Shown in pieces: positions 1 to 9,171 of a DNA stretch of 64,000 nucleotides. The notes below the pieces were generated by a model. The model had not been told where the DNA came from and ran no database searches. It was given only the letters and a program-made list of their open reading frames with translations. Position numbers and translations under genes: made by a program. This stretch comes from an uncultured Chloroflexia bacterium (lineage in GTDB: Bacteria; Chloroflexota; Limnocylindria; Limnocylindrales; CSP1-4), in assembly GCA_963746845.1 (NCBI GenBank), contig CAVVCZ010000004.1:1120001-1184000 (forward strand). The letters are read 5' to 3'. Within the stretch, counting starts at the first letter, position 1. Each line of letters starts with the position of its first letter.

Positions 1-2
1 TC

Positions 3-902
3 GGCGTCAAGGTCATCCCCGTCGACCGGATCGAATCCAACCCCCAGCAGCCGCGGATGGTCTTCGACGAGACGGCAATGCACGAGCTCGCCGGGTCGAT
101 CCGCGAACATGGCGTCCTCCAGCCGATCCTCGTCCGGCCACTCGGTGAGAACCGGTTCCAGCTCATCGCCGGGGAGCGTCGGTGGCGCGCGTCGAAGGAA
201 GCGGGGCTCGCGACGATCCCTGCCCTCGTCGAGGAGATCGACGACGACACGGCCCTGGAGATCTCGATCATCGAGAACCTCCAGCGGGAGGACCTGTCGC
301 CGCTCGAAGAAGCGACGATGTACGACCGGATGATCCACGAGCACGGCTACTCCATCCGGAAGCTCGCCGACAAGCTCGGCAAGGACAAGGGCTATCTCGA
401 GAACCGGCTGCGACTCGCCGACGCACCCGAGGAGATCCGCGAGCTGGTGTCCTTGCGCAAAGACACCCTGTCCCATGCCTACGAGCTGCTGAAGGTCCAG
501 GACCCGAAGAAGCGGCGGAAGCTCGCGAGTCAGGTCGCGGCCGGGGAGCTGTCGCTCGTCAAGCTCCGGGAGCGGATCGAGGGCCGGCGGCCTCGAGCGG
601 CGGTGGCCGCCGACGTCGAAACCGACGATCCGGCGCCGCGTTCGACGCCGGCGCCCGAGCCGGACGAGTCGGACGACTGGGTCTCCACGCGCCAGCGCGG
701 TCCCCTCTCCGACGACTCCCTCCAGCAGGCCCGGCACCAGTTGAACGACGCCGTCGAAGACCTCGTCTCGGTGCTTCGATCGCCGGACGTCGTCCGGTCG
801 ATCCCGGAGGTCGACCGGGCGAACCTCGCGAAGTACCTGACGATCGCCAAGCTCAAGCTCGAGAACGCGATCGCGGTCGTCCGATCCGGGACATCCGAGT
901 AG
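3..902 (+). CDS. parB: ParB/Spo0J family chromosome partitioning protein (5' truncated by window edge)
   Basis: Frame open from base 3 (GVKVIPVDRIESNPQQPR). ParB motifs: NPxQPR, GVLQPILVR, LIAGERRWRA, IIENLQREDL, followed by an HTH. Confidence 0.93.
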   Translation, partial: GVKVIPVDRIESNPQQPRMVFDETAMHELAGSIREHGVLQPILVRPLGENRFQLIAGERRWRASKEAGLATIPALVEEIDDDTALEISIIENLQREDLSPLEEATMYDRMIHEHGYSIRKLADKLGKDKGYLENRLRLADAPEEIRELVSLRKDTLSHAYELLKVQDPKKRRKLASQVAAGELSLVKLRERIEGRRPRAAVAADVETDDPAPRSTPAPEPDESDDWVSTRQRGPLSDDSLQQARHQLNDAVEDLVSVLRSPDVVRSIPEVDRANLAKYLTIAKLKLENAIAVVRSGTSE

Positions 903-970
903 CCGATCCCCCACCCGGGGTCCAGAAGCCGGCGCCACGGGCGCCGGCTTCGTCGTCGAGGGGCCGAGGA

Positions 971-1825
971 TCAGACGACGACGGCCACCCACAGGACGCC
1001 GAGCACCGCGAGCGCGACGGCCTCGACCTGCCACGCTCGCTCGCGGGCCGGGCTGGACCGGCGGCCTCCGGACCAGACGGCGGCGGCGACGGGGATGATC
1101 CCCGCGACGGCGATGGCCGCGAGCGCCGCCGACCCGGCACCGGCGATCGAGGCCGACACCCCCGCGATGACCGCGACCGCTCCGTAGAGGACGGCCATGA
1201 CCCGGGCCGCCCGCCCCGGCCCAAGCTCAGCAGCGACGGACGTACGGCCGGCTGCCCGATCGCGCTCGACGTCCACGAGGCTGTTGCCGATCGCGAGCGC
1301 CGCGCCCGCCGCGACGGCCGCCGGAACCAGGGCCGCGAAGGCCGCCGGGAGCCCGCCGGTCGCTCCCAGCCAGCCGTAGACCGGGAGGATCGGGATCCCC
1401 ACCGCGAACGGCAGCCACGACCAGGCCGTTCCCTTCAGCCACAGGTCATACGCCAGCCCGATCCCGATCACGACGATCGAGAGGGCGGCGATCGCCGGGC
1501 TGACGCTCGCCCCGAGCACGACGCCCGTGGCGAACAGGACGGTGGCGACGATCCGCGCCATGGTGGGATCGACGAGGCCGTCCGGGATCGGCTTGCCCCC
1601 CTTGCGACCGGCATCGGCCGGCGCGTCGACGATGTCGTTCACGACCCCGATCCCGAGCTGGAGCAGCGTCATCGCCAGACCCAGCCGGATCGCCAACCCC
1701 GGCCCTGCCCCGGCCACGAGCGCGACGGCGGCACACACGACGCCGTCGAGCACGGACGGGAAGGGGTGGCTGAGCCGGACCCAGCCCAGGAGACGCGTCC
1801 CGGCCGGCCGGCCGTCGGCCGGCAC
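971..1825 (-). CDS. UbiA family prenyltransferase
   Basis: Multiple TM segments; NDIVDAPAD...KPIPDG and NSLVDVERD Asp-rich motifs. GTG start at 1825 chosen just after the upstream gene's stop. Confidence 0.85.
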   Translation of the reverse strand: MPADGRPAGTRLLGWVRLSHPFPSVLDGVVCAAVALVAGAGPGLAIRLGLAMTLLQLGIGVVNDIVDAPADAGRKGGKPIPDGLVDPTMARIVATVLFATGVVLGASVSPAIAALSIVVIGIGLAYDLWLKGTAWSWLPFAVGIPILPVYGWLGATGGLPAAFAALVPAAVAAGAALAIGNSLVDVERDRAAGRTSVAAELGPGRAARVMAVLYGAVAVIAGVSASIAGAGSAALAAIAVAGIIPVAAAVWSGGRRSSPARERAWQVEAVALAVLGVLWVAVVV

Positions 1826-1829
1826 GGGG

Positions 1830-2195
1830 TCAGACGTAGACGAGCTCGTTGAAGTTCGCGACGAGGTACTCGATGAGCCGATCGCGGCCATCCTTGACCT
1901 GCGAGCGGATCCCCGGCACGAGCACGAACAAGGTGATCGCGGGGACCATCAGGCTGCCGTCCCGGTCCCGCCCGACCACGGCCGGAGCGCCACCACCAGA
2001 AGCGAACACCCGTTCGAAACCTGCCTCGTCCAACCGGGCGGCTCGGCGGAAGTCCCCGACCACCTGCCGGACGCCACGGCGGATCGCGACGTCGCGCATC
2101 AGCTCGGCGGCCCAGGCGTCGATCTGCTCGTCGCTCTGCTCAGCGAGACGGGCTCGATACTCCTTGGGATCGGCGGACAGGCCGGACGTCGCCAC
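1830..2195 (-). CDS. Hypothetical protein (121 aa)
   Basis: AGGAG SD before GTG at 2195; protein-like composition (MATSGLSADPKEYRARL...NFNELVYV); co-oriented with its neighbours. Confidence 0.7.
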   Translation of the reverse strand: MATSGLSADPKEYRARLAEQSDEQIDAWAAELMRDVAIRRGVRQVVGDFRRAARLDEAGFERVFASGGGAPAVVGRDRDGSLMVPAITLFVLVPGIRSQVKDGRDRLIEYLVANFNELVYV

Positions 2196-2245
2196 GGGCT
2201 CTCCTGGGGTTCGGATCGCCGGCAGTATGCCAGAGATCGAGGCCG

Positions 2246-3814
2246 TCAGGCCCCGTCGGAGGGGGTCGGGCCGGGTGCCGAGCGGGCCACCGGAAGCGCG
2301 GCCCAGCGCGCCAGCTCGGCGGTCTGGGCGGCTTCCCGGCTGCCCTCCGGCCACTCGTTGAACAGGTCCGTCAACCTCCGGCCCAACGGCCCCGGCCGAC
2401 CGATCTCGGGCTGCTCCGCGACCATCGCCCCGAGCGCGGCCTCGCAGGTCGCGGTCAGCGCCTGGATGCCGTCCCGGTTGGGCCGCCCGGTCGTGGGGAT
2501 CGGGTCGCCGACCCGGACCGTGATCCGCCGGCCGAACCCCAGCCACGACGTCCCCGCGATCGCGAGCGGGACGAGCGGCACGCCCTCACGAAGCGCGAAG
2601 TACGCCGGCCCATCCTCGAGCGGGCGCAGGTGCGACTCGAACGGCTGGATCCTGCCCTCCCCCGCGATCGCGATCACCCGCCCCGCAGCGATCGACCAGT
2701 GCACGCGCCGGGTGGCCTCGAGCAGGTCGCCCTTGCCCGGTCGATACGGGATCGTGGCGCCGGTCCAGTTCATCAGACGGTTCCGGCCACCCACCGTCAT
2801 GTCCTCCTCGCGCGGTCCGAAGAACATCAGGCGGGGGCGGATCGGGAGCGTCGCCATGAGGACGAACGGGTCGATCCAGCTCAGGTGGTTGAAGCAGTAG
2901 ATGGCCGGCGTGCCCGGCAGACGCTCACGTCCGACGAGCCGTGGCCGGAACAGCGCGCGACAGACCACCCAGGCGCCGGCCCGGCTGACCATCGTGCGGA
3001 TCCAGCGACGCCACGGGTGGATGGTGTCGGCCGGGGGAGCGGGGGCCGCGGCGGCACGGCCCGCGGACGAGGGTGGCGACGAGCGTGACGACGAGCGTGA
3101 CGGCTGGACACGGGGTCGTCCGGCGGCGGTGACCTGCGCCGGATCGAGGTCCGCCAGGCGATCGAGAACGAGGTCGGCATGCTCGGCCGCCCCGGGCGCC
3201 GGCGGCACGGAGTCGTTCGGCACGAGGACGGTCGTCATCCCGGCCGCCTGGCCGGCCCGAAGGCCGTTGAGCGAGTCCTCGACGACCAGGGTGCACTCCG
3301 GATCGGCCGACAGGCGACGGGCGGCCTCCAGGAACACGTCCGGCGCCGGCTTGCCGTGCTCGACCTCGTCGGACGAGACGATCACCCCGAACGTGTCGGT
3401 CAGCCCGGTCGCGGCGAGGGCTGCGTCGATCACGGCCCGATGCGACGACGACGCCAGCGCGACCGGGAGCGTCGCGGCGATGCGCCGGACCGCGGGCACA
3501 GCCCCGTCGATGACCGGTGGCCCCTCGTGCGCGTACCGCTCGATCATCCCGTCCACGATCGCCCGCTCGATCTCGCCCGCCGGCAGGTCGAGGCCGAGGC
3601 GGCGGCGCATGGTCTCGGACCACTGGCGAGAGTTGGCGCCCATGACGGCGTGCCGGTCGTCGACAGTCCACGTCCGTCCATGATCGGCGGCGAATGCCCG
3701 GCGGACCTCGTCCCACCAGATCTCCGAGTCGACGATCACGCCGTCGAGATCGAAGACCACCGCCTCGATCGAGTGCCGCTCCGGGGGGTCCGCGGCTGGC
3801 GCAGGCGCGCTCAG
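2246..3814 (-). CDS. Fusion of a HAD-superfamily phosphatase (N-terminal) and a PlsC-like lysophospholipid acyltransferase (C-terminal)
   Basis: HAD motifs FDLDGVIVDSE, LASSS, GKPAPD, VEDS..G; Ser/Pro/Ala linker; acyltransferase motifs NHLSWID and AGEG. Start uncertain (CTG 3814 or GTG about 3760). Confidence 0.85.
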   Translation of the reverse strand: MSAPAPAADPPERHSIEAVVFDLDGVIVDSEIWWDEVRRAFAADHGRTWTVDDRHAVMGANSRQWSETMRRRLGLDLPAGEIERAIVDGMIERYAHEGPPVIDGAVPAVRRIAATLPVALASSSHRAVIDAALAATGLTDTFGVIVSSDEVEHGKPAPDVFLEAARRLSADPECTLVVEDSLNGLRAGQAAGMTTVLVPNDSVPPAPGAAEHADLVLDRLADLDPAQVTAAGRPRVQPSRSSSRSSPPSSAGRAAAAPAPPADTIHPWRRWIRTMVSRAGAWVVCRALFRPRLVGRERLPGTPAIYCFNHLSWIDPFVLMATLPIRPRLMFFGPREEDMTVGGRNRLMNWTGATIPYRPGKGDLLEATRRVHWSIAAGRVIAIAGEGRIQPFESHLRPLEDGPAYFALREGVPLVPLAIAGTSWLGFGRRITVRVGDPIPTTGRPNRDGIQALTATCEAALGAMVAEQPEIGRPGPLGRRLTDLFNEWPEGSREAAQTAELARWAALPVARSAPGPTPSDGA

Positions 3815-4395
3815 CGTGACGCCTTGCGGGTGGACGCGGGCTTCACGGGAACGACGGCCGAGCTCGTGGAGCCCGGGGCCGCCCTGGTCGCCGTGGATCG
3901 CCCGGCCGCCGGCCGCTTCGTCGCGGTCCCGGTCTTCGATCCTGCCGCGCGCGAGCGGCGGCGGGCCGTCTCCTCGACCGGCGGCAGGGGCCGGCCGTCG
4001 ATCGCGGCGATCACCCGAAGGGCGAACGCCGCCACCCGGTCGGCCTCGTCGTCGATGCCGCGCAGGATCTGGCCCTCGATCTGGAAGCTCAGGAGCCGGC
4101 GGCCACCCTGCGTCTCGACCGCCAGCTCGCCGATCGCCACGCGCTGCCAGCGGACGAGCTTCGTCGTGGCCCGCGGTCCCTCGCCGGGGACGATCCGGAC
4201 GAAGCATGAGATCAACCCGGGGTCCGTGGGAGCGAGGATCGTGAAGCGGGCGGTCGGCTCGTCCCCCCAGGCAACCCAGCAGTGCGGATCCGGATCCGCC
4301 CCGAACGCCACCATCACCGGATCGACGACGGCCGCGATCCGCGACGACTCCGCGTTCTTGTGGGGGGCACGGGCGCGCCACTCGCTGAGTCGCAT
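3811..4395 (-). CDS. Hypothetical protein
   Basis: GAGGGA SD before ATG; globular N-terminal part, basic low-complexity tail; 4-bp overlap with the next gene. Confidence 0.7.
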   Translation of the reverse strand: MRLSEWRARAPHKNAESSRIAAVVDPVMVAFGADPDPHCWVAWGDEPTARFTILAPTDPGLISCFVRIVPGEGPRATTKLVRWQRVAIGELAVETQGGRRLLSFQIEGQILRGIDDEADRVAAFALRVIAAIDGRPLPPVEETARRRSRAAGSKTGTATKRPAAGRSTATRAAPGSTSSAVVPVKPASTRKASR

Positions 4396-4544
4396 CGTTC
4401 CCTCCGATCCCAGACCGCCGCGAGCCCGGTCGTGGACCGGTCAGCCCGAGGCTAGCACAGTCCTGTACCGTTCCCGTCGCCCCTCCGTCGAGGCGTCGAC
4501 GGAGGTGGACGCCGACCAGGGGGCACTGTGACGGGGACGATCTC

Positions 4545-5696
4545 GTGAGCACGATCGCCGGGATGATCGCGATGGCCGCGGGCCTGCCCGCGGTCGTCGT
4601 CGCGTCCGGCGCCGTTCTGCCTGACGTCCGGGTGCTGGTCGTCCTCGCGGGCGGGATCGGGGGCGGCCTCTTCCTGCTCGTCCGCGGCCTGGCCGATTAC
4701 CGCGCGAGCGGCCAGATCAGCGGCATCTCGACCTCCCGGATCGCGTCGATCGCGGTCGGCGAGGTCCTGGTGAGCGGGACCGCCGAGCCGATCGAGCTGA
4801 CGCTCGTCTCGCCGCTCCAGAGCGCCACCTGCCTGTACTACCGCTCCCGGGTCACCGACACCGGGGACGACGAGGGCGAGGTTTTCCGGGAGGAGCGTGC
4901 GGTCGGGTTCCGCGTCCGCGACGACAGTGGGGCGGTCCGCGTCTTTCCGCGTGGCGCACGGTTCGACGTTCCGGATCGGTTCGACGAGCAGAGCGGCCGC
5001 TGGGACGGCGACCCGCCCGGCCTCCTGCCCCGGACGGGCTCCGCGTTCGGCCCGGGTGTGGACCGCGACGCCCAGATCGCGGCGCTGCTGACCGTGCGCG
5101 ACCCGGGGCGGGACGCGTGGAACCGGCCGCTGCCGTCACCGACGATCCTCGGCGGCTCGTCGCGGCTCGTCGCCGGATCGAGCCATCGCCACTACACCGA
5201 GGCGCGGATCGAACCGGGCGACGTCGTCACGGTCGTCGGGCGCGTCCTGCCGTTCGGCGACCTCGCCGACCCGACCGCGGCGAACCTCCTCGAGGAGGGG
5301 ATGGTCCCCGCCGGCGATCCCGAGGTCGCAGCCGACGTCGCGGCCGCGCGGGCATCGGGACAGCTCGCGGCGACGCCTGAGGAGGCGTGGGGCAACGCCG
5401 CGATCGAGGGCTTCGGGATCGGGAAGCCCGTCCGGGCACCGGAGCTCGATCCGGATGCCACGCCGCCGCCCCCGCCGGACCCGGCGCTGGCGAAGCGCGC
5501 GAGCGACGCGTTCGACATCCCGCCGGAGGCCCTCGTCCTCGCGAGCTCGTCGGAGTCCTCGCTCCTCGTGTCCCTCGGTGCGCCGGTCGCGATCGCCGGG
5601 CGCCACCAGGGCCGGATCGTGCTCGGGTTGTTCGGCGGGGTCGTGGCGATCTTGTCGGCGATGACCCTGGCGATCCTGGTCACGGGCCCGTCCTGA
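4545..5696 (+). CDS. GIDE-domain-like membrane protein
   Basis: N- and C-terminal TM helices; GEVLVSGTA..LVSPL...CLYYR, F.VRDDSGAVRV.P.GA and E.RIEPGD.V.VVG patterns typical of the GIDE family; coupled to lemA. Confidence 0.7.
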   Translation: MSTIAGMIAMAAGLPAVVVASGAVLPDVRVLVVLAGGIGGGLFLLVRGLADYRASGQISGISTSRIASIAVGEVLVSGTAEPIELTLVSPLQSATCLYYRSRVTDTGDDEGEVFREERAVGFRVRDDSGAVRVFPRGARFDVPDRFDEQSGRWDGDPPGLLPRTGSAFGPGVDRDAQIAALLTVRDPGRDAWNRPLPSPTILGGSSRLVAGSSHRHYTEARIEPGDVVTVVGRVLPFGDLADPTAANLLEEGMVPAGDPEVAADVAAARASGQLAATPEEAWGNAAIEGFGIGKPVRAPELDPDATPPPPPDPALAKRASDAFDIPPEALVLASSSESSLLVSLGAPVAIAGRHQGRIVLGLFGGVVAILSAMTLAILVTGPS

Positions 5697-6286
5697 TGCC
5701 GATGGCCCTCGCCGCGGCGTTCGCGATCGGACTCCTCGTCGCGATCGTCTTCTTCTTCGTCGTCGTGACCTACAACGACGTAATCGCGATGGAGCGGCGG
5801 ATCGACAAGGCGTGGGCCAACATCGAGGTCGTCCTCCAGCAGCGGCACGACCAGCTGCCGGCGCTCATCGATGCCGTTCGAGGCCTGATGCAGTACGAGC
5901 GCGGCGTGCTGACCGCGGTGACGGCCGCCCGGGCCGCGTTCTCCCCCACCGCCCCGATCCCGCGCCAGGCGACGACCGCCGCCGAGACCACTCGCGCCAT
6001 CCGGACCCTGTTCGCGACCGTGGAGCAATACCCACAGATCCGCTCGGGGGAGAACGTCCTGTCGCTGCAGGGCGAGATCGAGCGGCTGGAGGGGATGCTC
6101 GCCGACCGGCGCGAGCTGTACAACGATCAGGTCTACCGGCTCAATGCCCGGATCGCGCAGGTGCCTGCGGTTATCCTCGCCGGCCTCTTCGGCTGGCGGG
6201 CGCGGCCGTTCTTCGACGCCGAGCCCGGTGCCGACGCACCCCCGCCGAGCCTCACCGACGCCATGGGCGGCCCACCGCCGTCGTGA
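5696..6286 (+). CDS. lemA: LemA family protein
   Basis: N-terminal TM; YN...AWANIEVVLQQRHDQLP.L, E.YPQI, RELYND.V..LN motifs; TGATG overlap with the upstream gene. Confidence 0.92.
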   Translation: MPMALAAAFAIGLLVAIVFFFVVVTYNDVIAMERRIDKAWANIEVVLQQRHDQLPALIDAVRGLMQYERGVLTAVTAARAAFSPTAPIPRQATTAAETTRAIRTLFATVEQYPQIRSGENVLSLQGEIERLEGMLADRRELYNDQVYRLNARIAQVPAVILAGLFGWRARPFFDAEPGADAPPPSLTDAMGGPPPS

Positions 6287-6882
6287 CCGCAGCCCCGCCC
6301 ACCCCGACCCGGCTCGTCCTCGTCCGCCACGGCGAGACCGACTGGTCGAAGGCCGGTCGCCACACCGGCCGGACGGACATCCCGCTGAACACACGCGGCC
6401 GTGCCGAGGCCCGCGGCCTCGGCCGGGTCCTCGCGGGCCGCGCCTTCACGCGCGTCCTCGCCAGCCCCCTCGCCCGAGCGGCCGAGACGGCCCGCCTCGC
6501 TGGATTCGGCGATCGCGTGGAGCTCGACGACGATCTGCGGGAGTGGGACTACGGCGTGTTCGAGGGCCGGACGCGAGCCGAGATCGCCCGGGAGATTCCT
6601 GGCTGGACCGTGTGGAGCGTGCCGATCGTCGGCGGCGAGACGCTTGACGAGCTCGGTGCCCGGGCGGACCGGGTGATCGGCTCGCTGCTGCCCACCGGGG
6701 GTGATGTCCTCGTCTTCTCCCACGGCCACATCCTTCGCGTCCTCGCCGCCCGCTGGATCGAGGCCGCGCCCGTGACGGCGAGCCGGCTGGAGCTGTGGAC
6801 CGCCACCGTGTCCGAGCTCGGCTGGGAGCAGGAGCGACGCGTGGTGGAGGTCTGGAACGCGGGGCCGGCCGGAAGCCGCTGA
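6283..6882 (+). CDS. Histidine phosphatase (phosphoglycerate mutase family)
   Basis: LVRHGET, LREWDYG, FSHG motifs; GTGA overlap with lemA. Confidence 0.9.
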   Translation: MTAAPPTPTRLVLVRHGETDWSKAGRHTGRTDIPLNTRGRAEARGLGRVLAGRAFTRVLASPLARAAETARLAGFGDRVELDDDLREWDYGVFEGRTRAEIAREIPGWTVWSVPIVGGETLDELGARADRVIGSLLPTGGDVLVFSHGHILRVLAARWIEAAPVTASRLELWTATVSELGWEQERRVVEVWNAGPAGSR

Positions 6883-6937
6883 GCGCGCCCTCGAGGCGCG
6901 CAACGGCCCGTTTCGGCGTGGGTGGGCTCGTTCGCGG

Positions 6938-6943
6938 TAGAAT
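6938..6943 (+). promoter_or_regulatory. Probable -10 element (TAGAAT) for the small ORF at 7042
   Basis: Near-consensus hexamer in an intergenic region about 100 nt upstream of an SD-bearing ATG. Confidence 0.45.
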
Positions 6944-7041
6944 GAGCGTACGCGCCCCCACGCGACCCGTCCCCGCTAGGTCGTCGGCCCTCCCGGACCG
7001 GCCTGCGTCGGCCGATCGATCTTCGAGGAGTACCACGCCCA

Positions 7042-7242
7042 ATGGCCAGCGGAACGATGCGCCCCTCCCGACCGTCGGCTCAGCCCACGACCGAGCCGCT
7101 GAAGCACGTGATCGCCGAGTACAAGCACCAGGCCCAGACGATCACCTGCGTCTGCGGCTGGCACGGCAAGAGCTCGTCGCCCGACGGCCGCACCTCGGAG
7201 TGGACTGCGCACCTCGCCGCGAACCGGACGAAGCCCCGCTGA
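7042..7242 (+). CDS. Small protein (66 aa), putative Zn-binding (H...CxCGW...H)
   Basis: GAGGAG SD; strong GC3 codon bias; CVCGWHG plus flanking His residues. Confidence 0.7.
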   Translation: MASGTMRPSRPSAQPTTEPLKHVIAEYKHQAQTITCVCGWHGKSSSPDGRTSEWTAHLAANRTKPR

Positions 7243-7256
7243 CCCCCCGCGGCCGC

Positions 7257-7664
7257 TCAGGCGGTCGCCGATGTCCGGATCCCGCGGGCGAACATCCAGG
7301 CCGACAGCGCGAAGATGACGATTGCGTTCGCCGGATGCAGCGCCGCCAGCATCGGTGACGAGCCGGCCAGGGTCGGCAGCAGCGTCTGGACGATGTACAG
7401 CACGAACAGGGCGAGCGAGCCCCAGATCTGCGAGCGGTCCCTCCGTCCGAGACCTGCGGCGATGAGCACCGCCAGCGCGATCAGCCCGAGCCCCGTATAG
7501 CCAAGGTCGCGGTGCGCCCCGAAGTCACCGGAGCCGCCGAGCTGCGGCAGGGCGGCACCGGCGAGGAACGCCTGGACGAGCACCCCGAGCGCGAACAGCC
7601 CGCTGAGCCATGGATGAAGACGTTGCGCGGTCGTCCGAACCATCTGGACCTCCGTTCCCACCAC
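7257..7664 (-). CDS. DUF6220-like membrane protein
   Basis: Four TM segments; QAFLAG, H...G, Q..L, ALHPANA motifs. Start may be the ATG at 7643. Confidence 0.75.
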   Translation of the reverse strand: MVGTEVQMVRTTAQRLHPWLSGLFALGVLVQAFLAGAALPQLGGSGDFGAHRDLGYTGLGLIALAVLIAAGLGRRDRSQIWGSLALFVLYIVQTLLPTLAGSSPMLAALHPANAIVIFALSAWMFARGIRTSATA

Positions 7665-8573
7665 TCAGCTGAAGGCTGCGACCGCCAACCGCGCGGCGAC
7701 GTCGAGGGTCCGCTCCGCGTCGCCGCCCGTTGCGAAGTTCATCGCCGTCGCGCCATAGCCGACGACCGGCATCGCCGCCGCGAGGATCCCGACGGCGTCG
7801 ATCGCGACCGCGGCGGGCACACCGGCCGCCTCGGGCATGGTGACAGACCAGCGCGCCTCGTCCGCGTCGAGGACGTCGTGGTCGACCGCGATGTACAGCC
7901 CGTCGACCTCGCCGGCGACCCGATCGACCCACGCCCCGAGTGCGGCCATCCCCGCAGGCCTTCGGAGCATCCCCGCACCGAAGTGCGCCAGGGGTGATGC
8001 CGACACCCAGCGTGACTCCGGCTCGTCGAGGACCTGGCCGCCGATCAGGGCGGCGTGCGCGAGCTCGACCGTGGGTCCATCGACGGCCCGGACGAGGTCG
8101 TCCGCGCCGCGGCCCAGGAGCATGGCGAACGGCATCCCCCAGACGTGGCCGGACGGCGTGGTGTCCGGCGTGTTGGAGTCGCCGTGGGCATCGAACCAGG
8201 CGATCGCGAGCCGTCGGTCCGGACGCGCCCGGCGGAGACCGGCCATCGCGCCCGCGTGCGCGCAACAGTCGCCGCCGAGGACGAGCAGCCGCTCTCCGCG
8301 GGCGACGGCGCCCGCGACCATCGCGGCCTCGCGTGGCAGGAAGGCCGCGATCTCGGCTCGGTTTTTCGCACGCGGGTCCGGATCGTCCCGGACCTCCGGG
8401 TCGATCACCAGGTCGCCGTCGTCGCGGAGCTCGAGCCCCGACGCCATCAGCCGGTCCAGGAGACCGAGCCGTCGCAGGTCCCGTGGCGCCTCCGCCATGC
8501 CGACGTGGCGGCCACCGGGCAGCTGGCCGCCGAGGGCGGTGGGGACGCCGACGACGGCGATGGATCCGGGCAC
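7665..8573 (-). CDS. Arginase family protein
   Basis: GGDC, WFDAHGDSNTPDTTPSG..GMP and DHDVLD metal-binding motifs. Confidence 0.9.
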   Translation of the reverse strand: MPGSIAVVGVPTALGGQLPGGRHVGMAEAPRDLRRLGLLDRLMASGLELRDDGDLVIDPEVRDDPDPRAKNRAEIAAFLPREAAMVAGAVARGERLLVLGGDCCAHAGAMAGLRRARPDRRLAIAWFDAHGDSNTPDTTPSGHVWGMPFAMLLGRGADDLVRAVDGPTVELAHAALIGGQVLDEPESRWVSASPLAHFGAGMLRRPAGMAALGAWVDRVAGEVDGLYIAVDHDVLDADEARWSVTMPEAAGVPAAVAIDAVGILAAAMPVVGYGATAMNFATGGDAERTLDVAARLAVAAFS

Positions 8574-8690
8574 CCGCCGAGCATAGGTCGCGATCGGGGC
8601 CGGTGCGTGCCGCTCCGGCGGGCGTCGACGCCGTGGCCTGACCGCCCGTTCTCATGGGTTGCGAAGGATCGCCCGGCCATCCTTCGTCGC

Positions 8691-9137
8691 ATGACCAGCC
8701 TCGACCGGCCCGCCGCCGGCCTCTTCGCGGGCCGCACGCTGGGGACCCAGCTCCGATCGTTCGTCGCGATCGGCATCGCGAGCACCCTGGTCTGGGCCGG
8801 GCTGTACACGCTGCTGCGGACCTGGCTGAGCCCCGTGAGCGCCAACGCGGTCGCCCTGATCGTATCGGCGGTCGGCAACACGGCCGCCAACCGGCGGCTG
8901 ACCTTCGGCGTTCGGGGTCGGGCCGGGCTGATCCGCGATCACGGCGCCGGGCTCCTCGCCTTCGCCCTCGCGCTTGCGCTCACGACCATCGCCTCGGCCG
9001 GACTCGCGGCGTTCGCACCCCATGCCGGCCGGCTCGTCGAGCTGGCGATCCTCGTCGGCGCCAGCGCGGTGGCGACGGCCGGTCGGTTCGCCCTCCTCCG
9101 CGCGTGGCTCGGCCGCCGGGGATCCGAGCCCGCCTGA
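8691..9137 (+). CDS. GtrA family protein
   Basis: F..IG..ST, AN..AL.....NTAANRRLTF; four TM segments. Confidence 0.88.
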   Translation: MTSLDRPAAGLFAGRTLGTQLRSFVAIGIASTLVWAGLYTLLRTWLSPVSANAVALIVSAVGNTAANRRLTFGVRGRAGLIRDHGAGLLAFALALALTTIASAGLAAFAPHAGRLVELAILVGASAVATAGRFALLRAWLGRRGSEPA

Positions 9138-9171
9138 CCGCACTGTCCCGGCCCCCACCGAACGGCCTGTG

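Noticed and set aside
971-1825. Archaeal-type ether-lipid (DGGGP) synthase assignment for the UbiA protein
   Set aside because: Only generic UbiA motifs are visible and there is no GGGP synthase in the window; this cannot be supported without a phylogeny.
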